Below the pieces are notes generated by a model. That model saw only the letters and a list, made by a program, of their open reading frames with translations. It made no database searches and was not told where the DNA came from. Positions 1-9,399 of a stretch of DNA of 64,000 bases are shown here, in pieces. This DNA is from Bacteroidota bacterium (GTDB taxonomy: Bacteria; Bacteroidota; Bacteroidia; Bacteroidales; NBLH01): contig JANYKN010000081.1 of NCBI GenBank assembly GCA_025361565.1, positions 13,353-77,352 on the forward strand. Reading direction: 5' to 3'. Position numbers and translations under genes: made by a program. Every line of letters begins with the position of its first letter. Positions within the stretch are counted from its first letter, which is position 1.

Positions 1-2736
1 TGCTATACATCTTTCAACCGCAAACATGCCGAAGAAGTAAAAATGATTTGGAATATTGAAATACAAATTGGTTTATGCTTGTTTGACTGCATGGTAGGAG
101 ATGATATTAAAACCATGGCAAAACAAAGCATTGATCGGGTATTTAAAGGGGAAGCTTTCACGGAAATTCAAATTCAGCCAGGCTTTGAAATTTATTACGA
201 ATTAAACTGGAACCCTATTTGGTTAAATCAGGAAATTGTAGGTGTAACTGTATTTATCAAAGATATTACCGAAAGAAAAAAATCTGAATTAATCCTTAAA
301 GAAAGCGAAAGAAAGCTAAGGGAAGCGCAGGAAATGGCGAACCTGGGTTTTTGGAGCTGGAACATTAATACAGGAGAAGTTGAATGGTCCGATGAAGTGT
401 TTAAAATATTTGGATTGGATCCGAATGAATTTACCCCACAAATTGATTCAATACTCGAACTATCGCCCTGGCCGGAAGATAATCAGCGCGACCGGGAATT
501 AATAAATCGGGCAGTGGAAGATCACTCACAAGGATCTTATGAACAAAAATTCCTTCGCCCTGATAAAAGTATCGGATATTATTACTCAACCTTTGAAGGC
601 CGGTATGATGAAAACAACAAGCTTATTTCCATTGTTGGGACTGTACTTGATATCACCGAACGTAAGTCAAATGAAATCAAATTAAAAAATGCACTTACCG
701 AAGCTCAACGATTCCGAGAAGCATTGGATTATGTTTCAGCTTTTATTTACATTAAAGACACCAATTTCTGTTATCAATATGCAAACAAAGCAACCCTCGA
801 ATTGTTCCATTGCCCTTCCGAGGAACTAGCTGGCAGCAAAGACAGTCGATTTTTTCCGCCCGATATTATAAAAAGGCTACACGAAGTTGATACCCGTGCT
901 TTTAATGGAGAACAAACCAATGAAGAAATAGTGGTTAATGAACTTGATGGAACCCAGCGAATCTATCTCGATATTAAAACCCCAATTTACGAAAATGAGA
1001 ACGGACGGATCATTGGTTTATTGGGCATTTCAACCGACATAACCCAAATAAAACTTGCCGAAGAAAAAGTAAAAAAAATAGGAAAACATTACCAGGCTTT
1101 AATTGAAAATGCTCCTGATGGAATTGTTTTAATCAATAAAGAAGTGAGATTTGCATTCATAAGCCCATCAGCAAAAAGAATGTTTGGATACGAAAATTCC
1201 GATATACCTGGTAGTCCCAATGAATATACACATCCTGATGACTTACCGGAAGTACTTTCTATTTTAAATGAAATCATACAAAACCCACAGTATATCCCTA
1301 CCATTCAATATCGCTTTCGCAATAAAAACGGAAAATGGAAATGGATAGAAAGCACATTCACCAACCTTCTTTCCGATCCAAATGTAGATGCGATTGTAAT
1401 CAATTTCAGGGATATCGACAATCGTAAAATTGCAGAGGCAAAACTTCAGGAAAGTGAAGAAAAATACAGAATGATTGCTGATAATACCGACGATTGGATC
1501 TATTGGGTAAAACCAGATGGAAATTTTCAATACATTTCTCCTTCGTGCGAAAGAGTTACAGGTTATTCAGCTGAAGAATTTACCAACAATCCAAAACTGA
1601 TAGATGAAATTATCTATGCCGAGGATAAAAAATTGCAAGAAAGTCATCATAAAAAGGTTTCCGAAAAAAAGGTCCCTGATAATCTTGAATTTCGTATTGT
1701 CACTAAGAATGGAGAGATACAGTGGATTAACCACTCATGCAGTCCAATTTATAATAGCGAAGGTGAATATGTTGGAAGGAGAGGGACCAATAGAAATATA
1801 ACCGAGCGGCGGAGGGCAGAAGAAAAAGAACATATGGCATTAAGCAGGCTTCGGCGTTTTGTTGATTCAAGTATAGTTGGCATCGTGATTGCTCAGTCGG
1901 ACGGAAAAATAGTTGAAACCAATGATTATTATTTAAATATGCTTGGATATACCCGTCAGGAATTTGAAGCCGGAATGCTTGACTGGAGGTCAATTACTCC
2001 AAAAGAATGGCTACCTGTTGATGAAAAAGCAATTCAGGAATTGAACGAAAGTGGTATTTCTGAACCATACGAAAAAGAGTATTTTCATAGGAATGGTGAA
2101 CGGATTGTGGTGCTGATTGCCGATGCTTTGTTGCCTGGCCCAGAAGAACAAATTGCCGCATTTGTTCTGGATATTACATCCCGAAAGCAAACAGAACAAG
2201 ATTTGATTGAAAACAATTCGAGACTTGAACTTGCCATGCAGGCTGCAAATATGGCTTGGTGGGAAATGGAAATGGCAAGTGGAAATGTAATTTTTAATAA
2301 AAGAAAAGCCGAAATGTTGGGTTATCCATCAGAAAAATTCAAGCATTACACCGATTTTATGAAGCTTGTGCATCCGGAAGATTACGAAAATACAATGAAT
2401 GCAATGTGCTTGCATCTTACCGGAATAGCCGAAAAGTATGAAACCGAATACAGGATTATGACCAATGTAGGTGAATATAAATGGTTCTATGACTTGGGAT
2501 CAGTTGTTAAAAAATATCCGGATGGAAAGCCACTTTTAATCACTGGGCTTGTACTTGATATCAGCAAACGCAAAATGGCTGAAGAAAGAATTTTAAACCA
2601 ACTATCGGAATTGCAGCGCTGGCAAAAAGTATCACTGGGCAGGGAAGACAGGAGTAGGGAACTGAAACGGGAAGTAAATGAATTGTTGGTTCTACTCGGA
2701 AAAGAAATTAAATATACCAGCCAAGAAGATAAATAA
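1..2736 (+). CDS. Multi-PAS domain sensor protein with no catalytic output domain in the visible part (5'-truncated by window edge)
   Basis: Frame is open from base 1 (CYTSFNRKHAEEVKM...). Repeated PAS/PAC units end in DITERK/DISKRK. The C-terminus is a helix (LSELQRWQKVSLGREDRSRELKREVNELL) with no HisKA, GGDEF or REC. Confidence 0.85.
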   Translation, partial: CYTSFNRKHAEEVKMIWNIEIQIGLCLFDCMVGDDIKTMAKQSIDRVFKGEAFTEIQIQPGFEIYYELNWNPIWLNQEIVGVTVFIKDITERKKSELILKESERKLREAQEMANLGFWSWNINTGEVEWSDEVFKIFGLDPNEFTPQIDSILELSPWPEDNQRDRELINRAVEDHSQGSYEQKFLRPDKSIGYYYSTFEGRYDENNKLISIVGTVLDITERKSNEIKLKNALTEAQRFREALDYVSAFIYIKDTNFCYQYANKATLELFHCPSEELAGSKDSRFFPPDIIKRLHEVDTRAFNGEQTNEEIVVNELDGTQRIYLDIKTPIYENENGRIIGLLGISTDITQIKLAEEKVKKIGKHYQALIENAPDGIVLINKEVRFAFISPSAKRMFGYENSDIPGSPNEYTHPDDLPEVLSILNEIIQNPQYIPTIQYRFRNKNGKWKWIESTFTNLLSDPNVDAIVINFRDIDNRKIAEAKLQESEEKYRMIADNTDDWIYWVKPDGNFQYISPSCERVTGYSAEEFTNNPKLIDEIIYAEDKKLQESHHKKVSEKKVPDNLEFRIVTKNGEIQWINHSCSPIYNSEGEYVGRRGTNRNITERRRAEEKEHMALSRLRRFVDSSIVGIVIAQSDGKIVETNDYYLNMLGYTRQEFEAGMLDWRSITPKEWLPVDEKAIQELNESGISEPYEKEYFHRNGERIVVLIADALLPGPEEQIAAFVLDITSRKQTEQDLIENNSRLELAMQAANMAWWEMEMASGNVIFNKRKAEMLGYPSEKFKHYTDFMKLVHPEDYENTMNAMCLHLTGIAEKYETEYRIMTNVGEYKWFYDLGSVVKKYPDGKPLLITGLVLDISKRKMAEERILNQLSELQRWQKVSLGREDRSRELKREVNELLVLLGKEIKYTSQEDK

Positions 2737-2745
2737 TTGGACGAA

Positions 2746-2982
2746 ACCCTCCATGTGGTTGCAAACCCTTGGAGTGTTTGAGTTGAATACCCTCCAAGTG
2801 GCTATAAACCCTTGGAGTGGTTGGAGACCCTCCAAGCGGTTGCAATTCTTTGAAGTGGTTGGGTAACTCGAACATCTTAGTATTATAGTAAAAACAAGAA
2901 AACCACTTCGAGGGTCGGAAATGACCACTCGAAGGTCTTAGAACCGAAACCCTCCAAGCGGTTTAAAACCTTTGAAGTGGTT
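2746..2982. repeat. Cluster of five 34-36 bp imperfect palindromic REP-like repeats
   Basis: Units at 2746-2779, 2789-2822, 2827-2860 and 2949-2982 (consensus ACCCTCCAAGYGGTT-N3-AACCYTTGRAGTGGTT), plus an inverted variant at 2901-2936. Confidence 0.85.
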
Positions 2983-3010
2983 GAATTAACAGATTTAAAT
3001 ACAAAATTAT

Positions 3011-6000
3011 ATGATACTAGATATACGCACCATAATAATAATTCTGGGAATTACACATCTGATGCAAGTATTGGTTTTTTATCACCAATTCAAGGTCAAT
3101 AAAGCTTTTAAAGGTATTGGATGGTGGTTACTTTGGAGCGCGGCTGAATCAATTGGATTTGGAGCTATGGTTCTGCGCAACATTCCTTCTTTGCTAAATA
3201 CCGTAATTGTTATTCAAAATGTGATGATTGTTGGTGGAGCCATTTTCATTTATTTTGGAGTTAGGCGTTTTTGTAATAAAACATTAAACCTGAAGTTGAT
3301 AATTCCTGTCTTTTCGCTTTTTCTAATTGGCCTTTTATATTATCTTTTTGTTCAAAATAATATACAAATCCGTTCAATCATTATCAGTTCTGTGCTAGCT
3401 ATAATAGCTTTCATAACTGCATATAGCTTGTATACTGATACATCCAAATCCAATAAAACGGCTGCAAATTTCAACGCAATGATATTTCTGGTTCACGGTA
3501 GCATTTTTTTAATTCGGGCGCTAATGGCAATTGTAGGAAATGGGATTTGGAATATTTTTGAGCCAAACCTCTTTAACATCCTGGCTTATTTTGATGCACT
3601 AATAGTTAGCCTCCTGTGGACTTTTGGTTTTATTATTATGCTAAATCAACGCTTGAATGCCGGCATGTTTGAAGCCAAAGAAGATTTACGGTTAATTTTC
3701 AATACTAGTCCCGATGCAGCGGTAATTTCGCGTCTCGAAGATGGATTAATCGTTGATGTCAATGAAGGGTATTCAACCATATTAGGTTACAATCGCAGAG
3801 AGGTAATTGGAAAAACTGCAGAAGAGATGAATATCTGGAAAAACAGTGAGGACAGAAACAATTTTGTAAATCTAATAAAAAAGCAAGGATATTGCGAAAA
3901 TTACGAGGCTAATATTGTACTAAAAAACGGTGATCATATCACTGCTTTAATATCGGCAAAACGAATTAGTTTACAAGGAATACCACACATTATAAGCATT
4001 ACACGAAACATTACCGAGCGTAAAAGCATGGAGCTGGAATTGAAGGAAAGCGAATTACGGTTCCGCTTATTATTTGAGAACATGGAAGAAGGAGTGGCAA
4101 TTCATGAAATGATTTATAACGACAAAGGAATTGCCATTGATTACCGGATTCTTATTATGAATAATGCTTTTTCAAAACATACTAATATTCCCGTTGAAAA
4201 AGCGTTGGGAGCCCTTGCCACTGAATTGTACCAAGTTAAGCCTGCTCCTTATTTAGAAATTTACAACAAAGTAGTTGTCAGTGGAAACTCGTTCCATTTT
4301 GAAACCAATTTTGATCCACTGAATAAGTATTTTGACATATCGGTTATTTACACAAAACCTGGCCACTTTGCAACCCTTTTTAAAGATATCACTTCGCGTA
4401 AACAAAAAGAAGCTGAGATAAACGGCTTGCTTCAATCATCAGAAAACTCACGCAAAAATCTTCTGAGCATTCTCGAAGATCAGATGATGGCGCAAGAATC
4501 GTTGAGTATCAGCGAGGCAAGGTACAAAAGTTTATTAACAAATCTCGAAGCAGGCATTATTGTTCATGCGCCAGATACTTCAATTATTATGAGTAACCAA
4601 CGAGCATCGCAACTATTGGGCCTAAGCAGTGATCAAATGAAAGGCAAACTGGCAATTGATCCTGACTGGATGTTTGTTACTGAAAACAAAGTCCCATTTC
4701 AACCCGATGAATATCCAGTTAACCAAGTCATCAAAAAAAGAGAACCAATCCGAAATTATATTTTGGGGGTTATTAGGCCGGCTAATAAAGATTTGGTCTG
4801 GTTAACAGTTAGTGGCTTTCCTGTTTTTGACAATGATGGTGAAATTACTGAAATATTAATCAGTTTTATTGAAATTACAGCACGTATAAAGGCTGAAGAA
4901 AAACTGCGTGAATCTGAAAAGACATTTTCTGAAATGTTTCAAAAGAGCCCGGTTACCATTTTGTTATCAATACCTTTTGAAGGAACCGTTTTAGACGTGA
5001 ATGAAGCTTTTTTAAATGAGATGGGTTATAGCCGCGACGAAGTTATGGGACACACTACCTTGGAACTTGGTCTGTTTGAGGATCCCGTTGAAAGGCAGGT
5101 TTTGGTTGATATTTTAAAGGAAAAAGGGCATGTTTATGGATTTGAATGCCGATTTCGCACAAAGAATGGAAGAATAATGACAGGATTACTTTCCATTGTC
5201 TTTATTAAAATCAGAGGGGCAATTTGTCAATTAAGCACTGTTATTGATATCAACGACAGAAAACTTATTGAAGAAGAATTGGTTAACACCAATATTTTCC
5301 TCAGAACTTTGATAAATGCAATCCCTACACCTGTTTACTATAAAAACGAAGAATGTATTTATACCGGTGTAAACAAAGCATTCGAAGATTTCTTTGGAAA
5401 ATCTGCTGACCAGATAAAAGGTAAAACAGTATTTGATATCATGCCAATTGAAATTGCCCAGAACTATCACAACAAAGACTTGGAACTTTTTACTCAATCC
5501 GGTTCGCAAATTTATGAAGGTAAGGTTATCAGCGTCAACAGTCAAATCCATGATGTTGTTTTTCATAAAGCAGCTATCCATGATTCATCAGGAAAAATCC
5601 AGGGTTTAATTGGAGTAGTATTGGATATCACTGAAAGAAAGCTTTCGGAAATTAATCTCCTTAAAAGCGAAGAACGATATAGATCAACCCTTGACAATAT
5701 GATGGAAGGCTGTCAGATAATTGATTTCGACTTTAAATATATTTATCTTAATCAAGCTGCTGTAAATCATGCCAAGATGGACAAAGAGCTCTTGCTTAAC
5801 CAATCAATGCTCGAAGTTTATCCCCAAATTGCTGATACTGAATTGTACAGGATGGTTAAATCCTCGATGGAAAACAAGAAATCATATTATCTTGAAAATG
5901 AGTTCATATATAACAACGGACAAAAAGCGTGGTTTGAACTCTCAATACAACCGGTAAATGAAGGTGTTTTTATTTTATCAATCGATATTACCAACCGAAA

Positions 6001-7258
6001 ACAAACAGAACTTGCATTACAGAAGAACACGGAAAGATTACAAACGCTTCACATTATCGATAAAGCTATTCTACTTGCAATTGAATCACCTGAAGAAATT
6101 ATAAAAACTGCAATTCAATATACCTACAAATTACTCAATTGCAAACATGCTTCAGTTGATATTTTTGACATAGGAAAATTGGAAGTTAAAAAATATACTG
6201 AAGATAAGAACCTCAATAATGTAAAAGTAGTAATAAGGAAATTGCCCGAAAAAGCTTTGGAAAAAATCGAAATACTTGGAAAAGGGACAATGGAAACAGT
6301 TGAAGATGTTGCAAAATCCAATTCGTTCATCGATATAAGTTCTATTCACCAAATAAAAGGTATTCAATCCTTTATGAACGTGCCACTTCTTTCAGCCCAA
6401 AGGTTGTATGGCTTTTTAAGTATTGGTTGGGACTATCCAAAAAAATTCACTGCTGAAGAAATAGAGGTTTCAGGCGAAATGGCAAGTCAGTTAACTATTG
6501 CAATTGAGCAAGCCAGCCTGTTGAACGAAACAAAAAATTATGCCGTAAGACTCGAAAAGCGTGTCCGCGACAGAACCAAACAATTGGTAATTGCCAATAA
6601 AGAACTGGAGTCGTTTGCTTATTCTGTTTCGCACGATTTGAGAGCGCCATTGCGCCACATCGATGGGTTTGCACAAATGTTAAAAAATGAATTACAGACC
6701 GAATCGGAAGATATTTTGCACTTTTTGGATATCATCAGTTCTTCATCCACAAAAATGGGGACAATGATAGATTCTTTACTTAATTTTTCGAGATTGGGAC
6801 GAAAAGCACTCCAAAAAACAGAAGTTGATTTGAATAATATTATTTCGCAAATAATCAACCAATCGAAATCGGATGCCATAAATCATAAAACAGAATGGAA
6901 GTGCGATAAATTACCGATTATTTTAGCAGATTACCAATTAATGATGCACGTTTTTGAAAATCTGATATCGAATGCAATCAAGTTCACTTCAAAAAAAGAA
7001 ATTGCGCAAATTGAAATTGGGGTTTTAGACAAAACCGAAAATACCTGTACTATTTTCGTAAAAGATAATGGAGCAGGTTTTGACCCATTGTATGCAGACA
7101 AACTTTTCGGAGTTTTCCAGCGCTTGCACAACACGGAAGAGTTTGAAGGCATAGGTATTGGACTAGCGAACGTTAAGCAAATTATCAAAAAACACGGTGG
7201 AAACATTTGGGCTGAAGGCAAAATCGATGAAGGTGCAACTATTTATATTACCATTTAA
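3011..7258 (+). CDS. Membrane sensor histidine kinase: about 7 TM helices, multiple PAS, GAF, HisKA, HATPase
   Basis: Hydrophobic N-terminal ~210 aa; PAS repeats; H-box ELESFAYSVSHDLRAPLRHI (phytochrome-kinase-like subfamily); N-box NLISNAIKF; DNGAGF and GIGIGLA G-boxes. Confidence 0.92.
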   Translation: MILDIRTIIIILGITHLMQVLVFYHQFKVNKAFKGIGWWLLWSAAESIGFGAMVLRNIPSLLNTVIVIQNVMIVGGAIFIYFGVRRFCNKTLNLKLIIPVFSLFLIGLLYYLFVQNNIQIRSIIISSVLAIIAFITAYSLYTDTSKSNKTAANFNAMIFLVHGSIFLIRALMAIVGNGIWNIFEPNLFNILAYFDALIVSLLWTFGFIIMLNQRLNAGMFEAKEDLRLIFNTSPDAAVISRLEDGLIVDVNEGYSTILGYNRREVIGKTAEEMNIWKNSEDRNNFVNLIKKQGYCENYEANIVLKNGDHITALISAKRISLQGIPHIISITRNITERKSMELELKESELRFRLLFENMEEGVAIHEMIYNDKGIAIDYRILIMNNAFSKHTNIPVEKALGALATELYQVKPAPYLEIYNKVVVSGNSFHFETNFDPLNKYFDISVIYTKPGHFATLFKDITSRKQKEAEINGLLQSSENSRKNLLSILEDQMMAQESLSISEARYKSLLTNLEAGIIVHAPDTSIIMSNQRASQLLGLSSDQMKGKLAIDPDWMFVTENKVPFQPDEYPVNQVIKKREPIRNYILGVIRPANKDLVWLTVSGFPVFDNDGEITEILISFIEITARIKAEEKLRESEKTFSEMFQKSPVTILLSIPFEGTVLDVNEAFLNEMGYSRDEVMGHTTLELGLFEDPVERQVLVDILKEKGHVYGFECRFRTKNGRIMTGLLSIVFIKIRGAICQLSTVIDINDRKLIEEELVNTNIFLRTLINAIPTPVYYKNEECIYTGVNKAFEDFFGKSADQIKGKTVFDIMPIEIAQNYHNKDLELFTQSGSQIYEGKVISVNSQIHDVVFHKAAIHDSSGKIQGLIGVVLDITERKLSEINLLKSEERYRSTLDNMMEGCQIIDFDFKYIYLNQAAVNHAKMDKELLLNQSMLEVYPQIADTELYRMVKSSMENKKSYYLENEFIYNNGQKAWFELSIQPVNEGVFILSIDITNRKQTELALQKNTERLQTLHIIDKAILLAIESPEEIIKTAIQYTYKLLNCKHASVDIFDIGKLEVKKYTEDKNLNNVKVVIRKLPEKALEKIEILGKGTMETVEDVAKSNSFIDISSIHQIKGIQSFMNVPLLSAQRLYGFLSIGWDYPKKFTAEEIEVSGEMASQLTIAIEQASLLNETKNYAVRLEKRVRDRTKQLVIANKELESFAYSVSHDLRAPLRHIDGFAQMLKNELQTESEDILHFLDIISSSSTKMGTMIDSLLNFSRLGRKALQKTEVDLNNIISQIINQSKSDAINHKTEWKCDKLPIILADYQLMMHVFENLISNAIKFTSKKEIAQIEIGVLDKTENTCTIFVKDNGAGFDPLYADKLFGVFQRLHNTEEFEGIGIGLANVKQIIKKHGGNIWAEGKIDEGATIYITI

Positions 7259-7268
7259 AGTAAATAAA

Positions 7269-7700
7269 ATGAAGAAATATCCGCCAATACTATATGCCGA
7301 GGACAGCAAGAATGATGTCGAATTAACCATGTCAGCGCTCAAAAAATGTAATTTACAAAACAAGATTGACGTTGTTTTTGATGGCCATCAAGTTCTGGAT
7401 TATTTGATGTATAAAGGAGATTATGCAAACCGTGAAATTGAAAATCCAATTTTAATTTTACTGGATATCAAAATGCCCAAATTGGATGGAATCGAAACGC
7501 TTAAAATAATCAAGGCCAACTCTGACCTCAAATCTATTCCTGTTGTAATGTTAACTTCTTCTGCAATGGAAAATGACATTGCTGAATCTTATCAGCTTGG
7601 GGTTAATGCATATGTAATAAAACCAATTGGTTTTGAGGAATTTATATTTGCAATAAAGCAGATTGGAGGATTTTGGGCAGTAGTTAATAAAACTGCTTGA
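7269..7700 (+). CDS. Single-domain response regulator, Rcp1-like
   Basis: ILYAEDSKND, LILLDIKMPKLDG, IPVVMLTSS, GVNAYVIKP. ATG 7269 (just after the kinase stop) is preferred over the ORF-track start at 7197. Confidence 0.9.
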   Translation: MKKYPPILYAEDSKNDVELTMSALKKCNLQNKIDVVFDGHQVLDYLMYKGDYANREIENPILILLDIKMPKLDGIETLKIIKANSDLKSIPVVMLTSSAMENDIAESYQLGVNAYVIKPIGFEEFIFAIKQIGGFWAVVNKTA

Positions 7701-7704
7701 AACA

Positions 7705-7790
7705 ATACCACTCCGAGCGGTTGTTTCAACCCTCGGAGTGGTATATGCCAAACTCAACCACTTCGAGGGTTTTCAACCCCACGAAGGGTT
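7705..7790. repeat. Two more copies of the REP-like palindrome between convergent genes
   Basis: ATACCACTCCGAG-cggttgtttcaacc-CTCGGAGTGGTAT (7705-7744) and AACCACTTCGAGGGTTttcAACCCCACGAAGGGTT (7756-7790); same family as 2746-2982. Confidence 0.8.
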
Positions 7791-7797
7791 TCAAAGC

Positions 7798-8904
7798 TTA
7801 TTTTGTAACATCAACAAGTTTATTGATTATAACAAAGGTTACCAATTCTGCAGTATTTCTGGTTTCTGTTTTTTCGAGCAATTTGGCCCTGTGGTTATCA
7901 ACTGTTCTGTTACTGATGAACAACTTTTCGGCTATTTCATTATTTGTCATTCCTTTACATATCAATTCCAAAATTTCCTTTTCACGCTTTGTAATATTCA
8001 CTTTATTTTTAATTTTCTCAGTAAGAGTTTCCTGATCAAACGCAATCAATTGTTGGATGTTAATAATTTCATCAACTGTTTCTTCCTTGCTCAAAGCTAT
8101 CAGGCGTTCAATAATCTCATCAATTTCAGGCGCTCCCGATTGATATTCTCCTTTTGTGGCTTTTTTCTCATCACCAATTGAAACAATACTCCCAATTATG
8201 GATTTATTTGCTTCTATTTCAATCGATTTTCCATAAGTATCAATAAATTTGACTTTCTTTTCTTTATCCAAAACGGAGACTTTGAGCCGCACGGTATTGT
8301 GTATACCTTTTAAACATTGACAGATTTGATTGATTATATTTTTGGTGTCGCCAAGAATAATATCTTTCAATTCCATGTTATTCAACTCATTTTTGTTATA
8401 TCCAACTATTTCTTCAAACTTTTGGTTTGTAAAGGCAAACTTTCCTGAATGATAAATATAGAATCCTGCCAGCGGATTGTTAATAATAGTTTGGTAAATT
8501 TCTTCGTTGGCTTTTTTATACCTATCGTTTTTTTCAAGCCTTTTAAGAACTGTCAATATCAATTCATCCAAATCAATTGGTTTAGTTAAATAATCATCGA
8601 CCCCTAGCAACAAACCTTTTCTGAAATCGAGTGGTTGTGCCCTTGCAGTAAGAAAAATAAATGGGATACAGCTTGTTGAAGGGATTTTTTCCAAAGCTTT
8701 AAAAACTTCATAACCATCCATTTTTGGCATTTCTATGTCGCAGATAATCAGATCGGGAATAACTTGTATGGCCATTTGAACACCTTCGGCACCATCATTT
8801 GCAGTATAAATTTTTGCACCTTCGTAGTTTAAAAAGCTCGATATTTCTTCTAGCAAAGGTGCATAATCATCAATGATTAAAATTTTTTTCTTTTGCATCT
8901 CCAT
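7798..8904 (-). CDS. REC-PAS-LuxR(HTH) response regulator
   Basis: ILIIDD...DLIICDIEMP...DYLTKP; central PAS; C-terminal ITKREKEILELICKGMTNNEIAEKLFISNRTVDNHR. Confidence 0.92.
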   Translation of the reverse strand: MEMQKKKILIIDDYAPLLEEISSFLNYEGAKIYTANDGAEGVQMAIQVIPDLIICDIEMPKMDGYEVFKALEKIPSTSCIPFIFLTARAQPLDFRKGLLLGVDDYLTKPIDLDELILTVLKRLEKNDRYKKANEEIYQTIINNPLAGFYIYHSGKFAFTNQKFEEIVGYNKNELNNMELKDIILGDTKNIINQICQCLKGIHNTVRLKVSVLDKEKKVKFIDTYGKSIEIEANKSIIGSIVSIGDEKKATKGEYQSGAPEIDEIIERLIALSKEETVDEIINIQQLIAFDQETLTEKIKNKVNITKREKEILELICKGMTNNEIAEKLFISNRTVDNHRAKLLEKTETRNTAELVTFVIINKLVDVTK

Positions 8905-8994
8905 AAAGTTAATTCATAAAATCGAAAACATTAAGAAATTCGATATTGGCAGATCCGAACTAAAATACTGCCCTTCAAATATTGTGGCTTTTTA

Positions 8995-9393
8995 CTATAA
9001 ACGAGCTTCATTGTTCAGATACAATTCGCTTTTTTCAATTCTTTTTTTAATTGTGGCTACCAAGTTGTCGGCGGTTACCGGTTTTGTTAGATAATCTTCT
9101 GCACCTAAGTTCATCCCTTTTCTAACATATGCACTATCGCCCAATGCGGATATAAATATAAATGGTATTTTACTGGTTATCGGATCTTTATTTAATTCAA
9201 GATAAAATTCGTATCCATCCAATACGGGCATCATTATATCACTTAGAATTAGATTTGGCAGCTCTTTTTTAACCAATCCTATGGCAATTAATCCGTCGGA
9301 AGCTTCAATTACCTCGAATTTTTCCATTTTCAATATATCGCAAATTTCTGTGCGAAGTCCTTGGTTATCATCAACTACTAATATTTTTTTCAT
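8995..9393 (-). CDS. Single-domain response regulator
   Basis: ILVVDD, LILSDIMMP, FISA, DYLTKP. Confidence 0.9.
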   Translation of the reverse strand: MKKILVVDDNQGLRTEICDILKMEKFEVIEASDGLIAIGLVKKELPNLILSDIMMPVLDGYEFYLELNKDPITSKIPFIFISALGDSAYVRKGMNLGAEDYLTKPVTADNLVATIKKRIEKSELYLNNEARL

Positions 9394-9399
9394 AGTTCT

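Noticed and set aside
2746-2982. CRISPR array or integron attC sites
   Set aside because: Spacers are 4-40 bp and irregular, the repeats are degenerate with mixed orientation, and there are no cas or intI genes. The units are too short for attC.
7697-8181. Plus-strand ORFs 7697-8035 and 7738-8181 (also 2678-2866 and 2692-2928)
   Set aside because: They run through the repeats or antisense to the LuxR gene and have no recognisable protein features; shadow ORFs.
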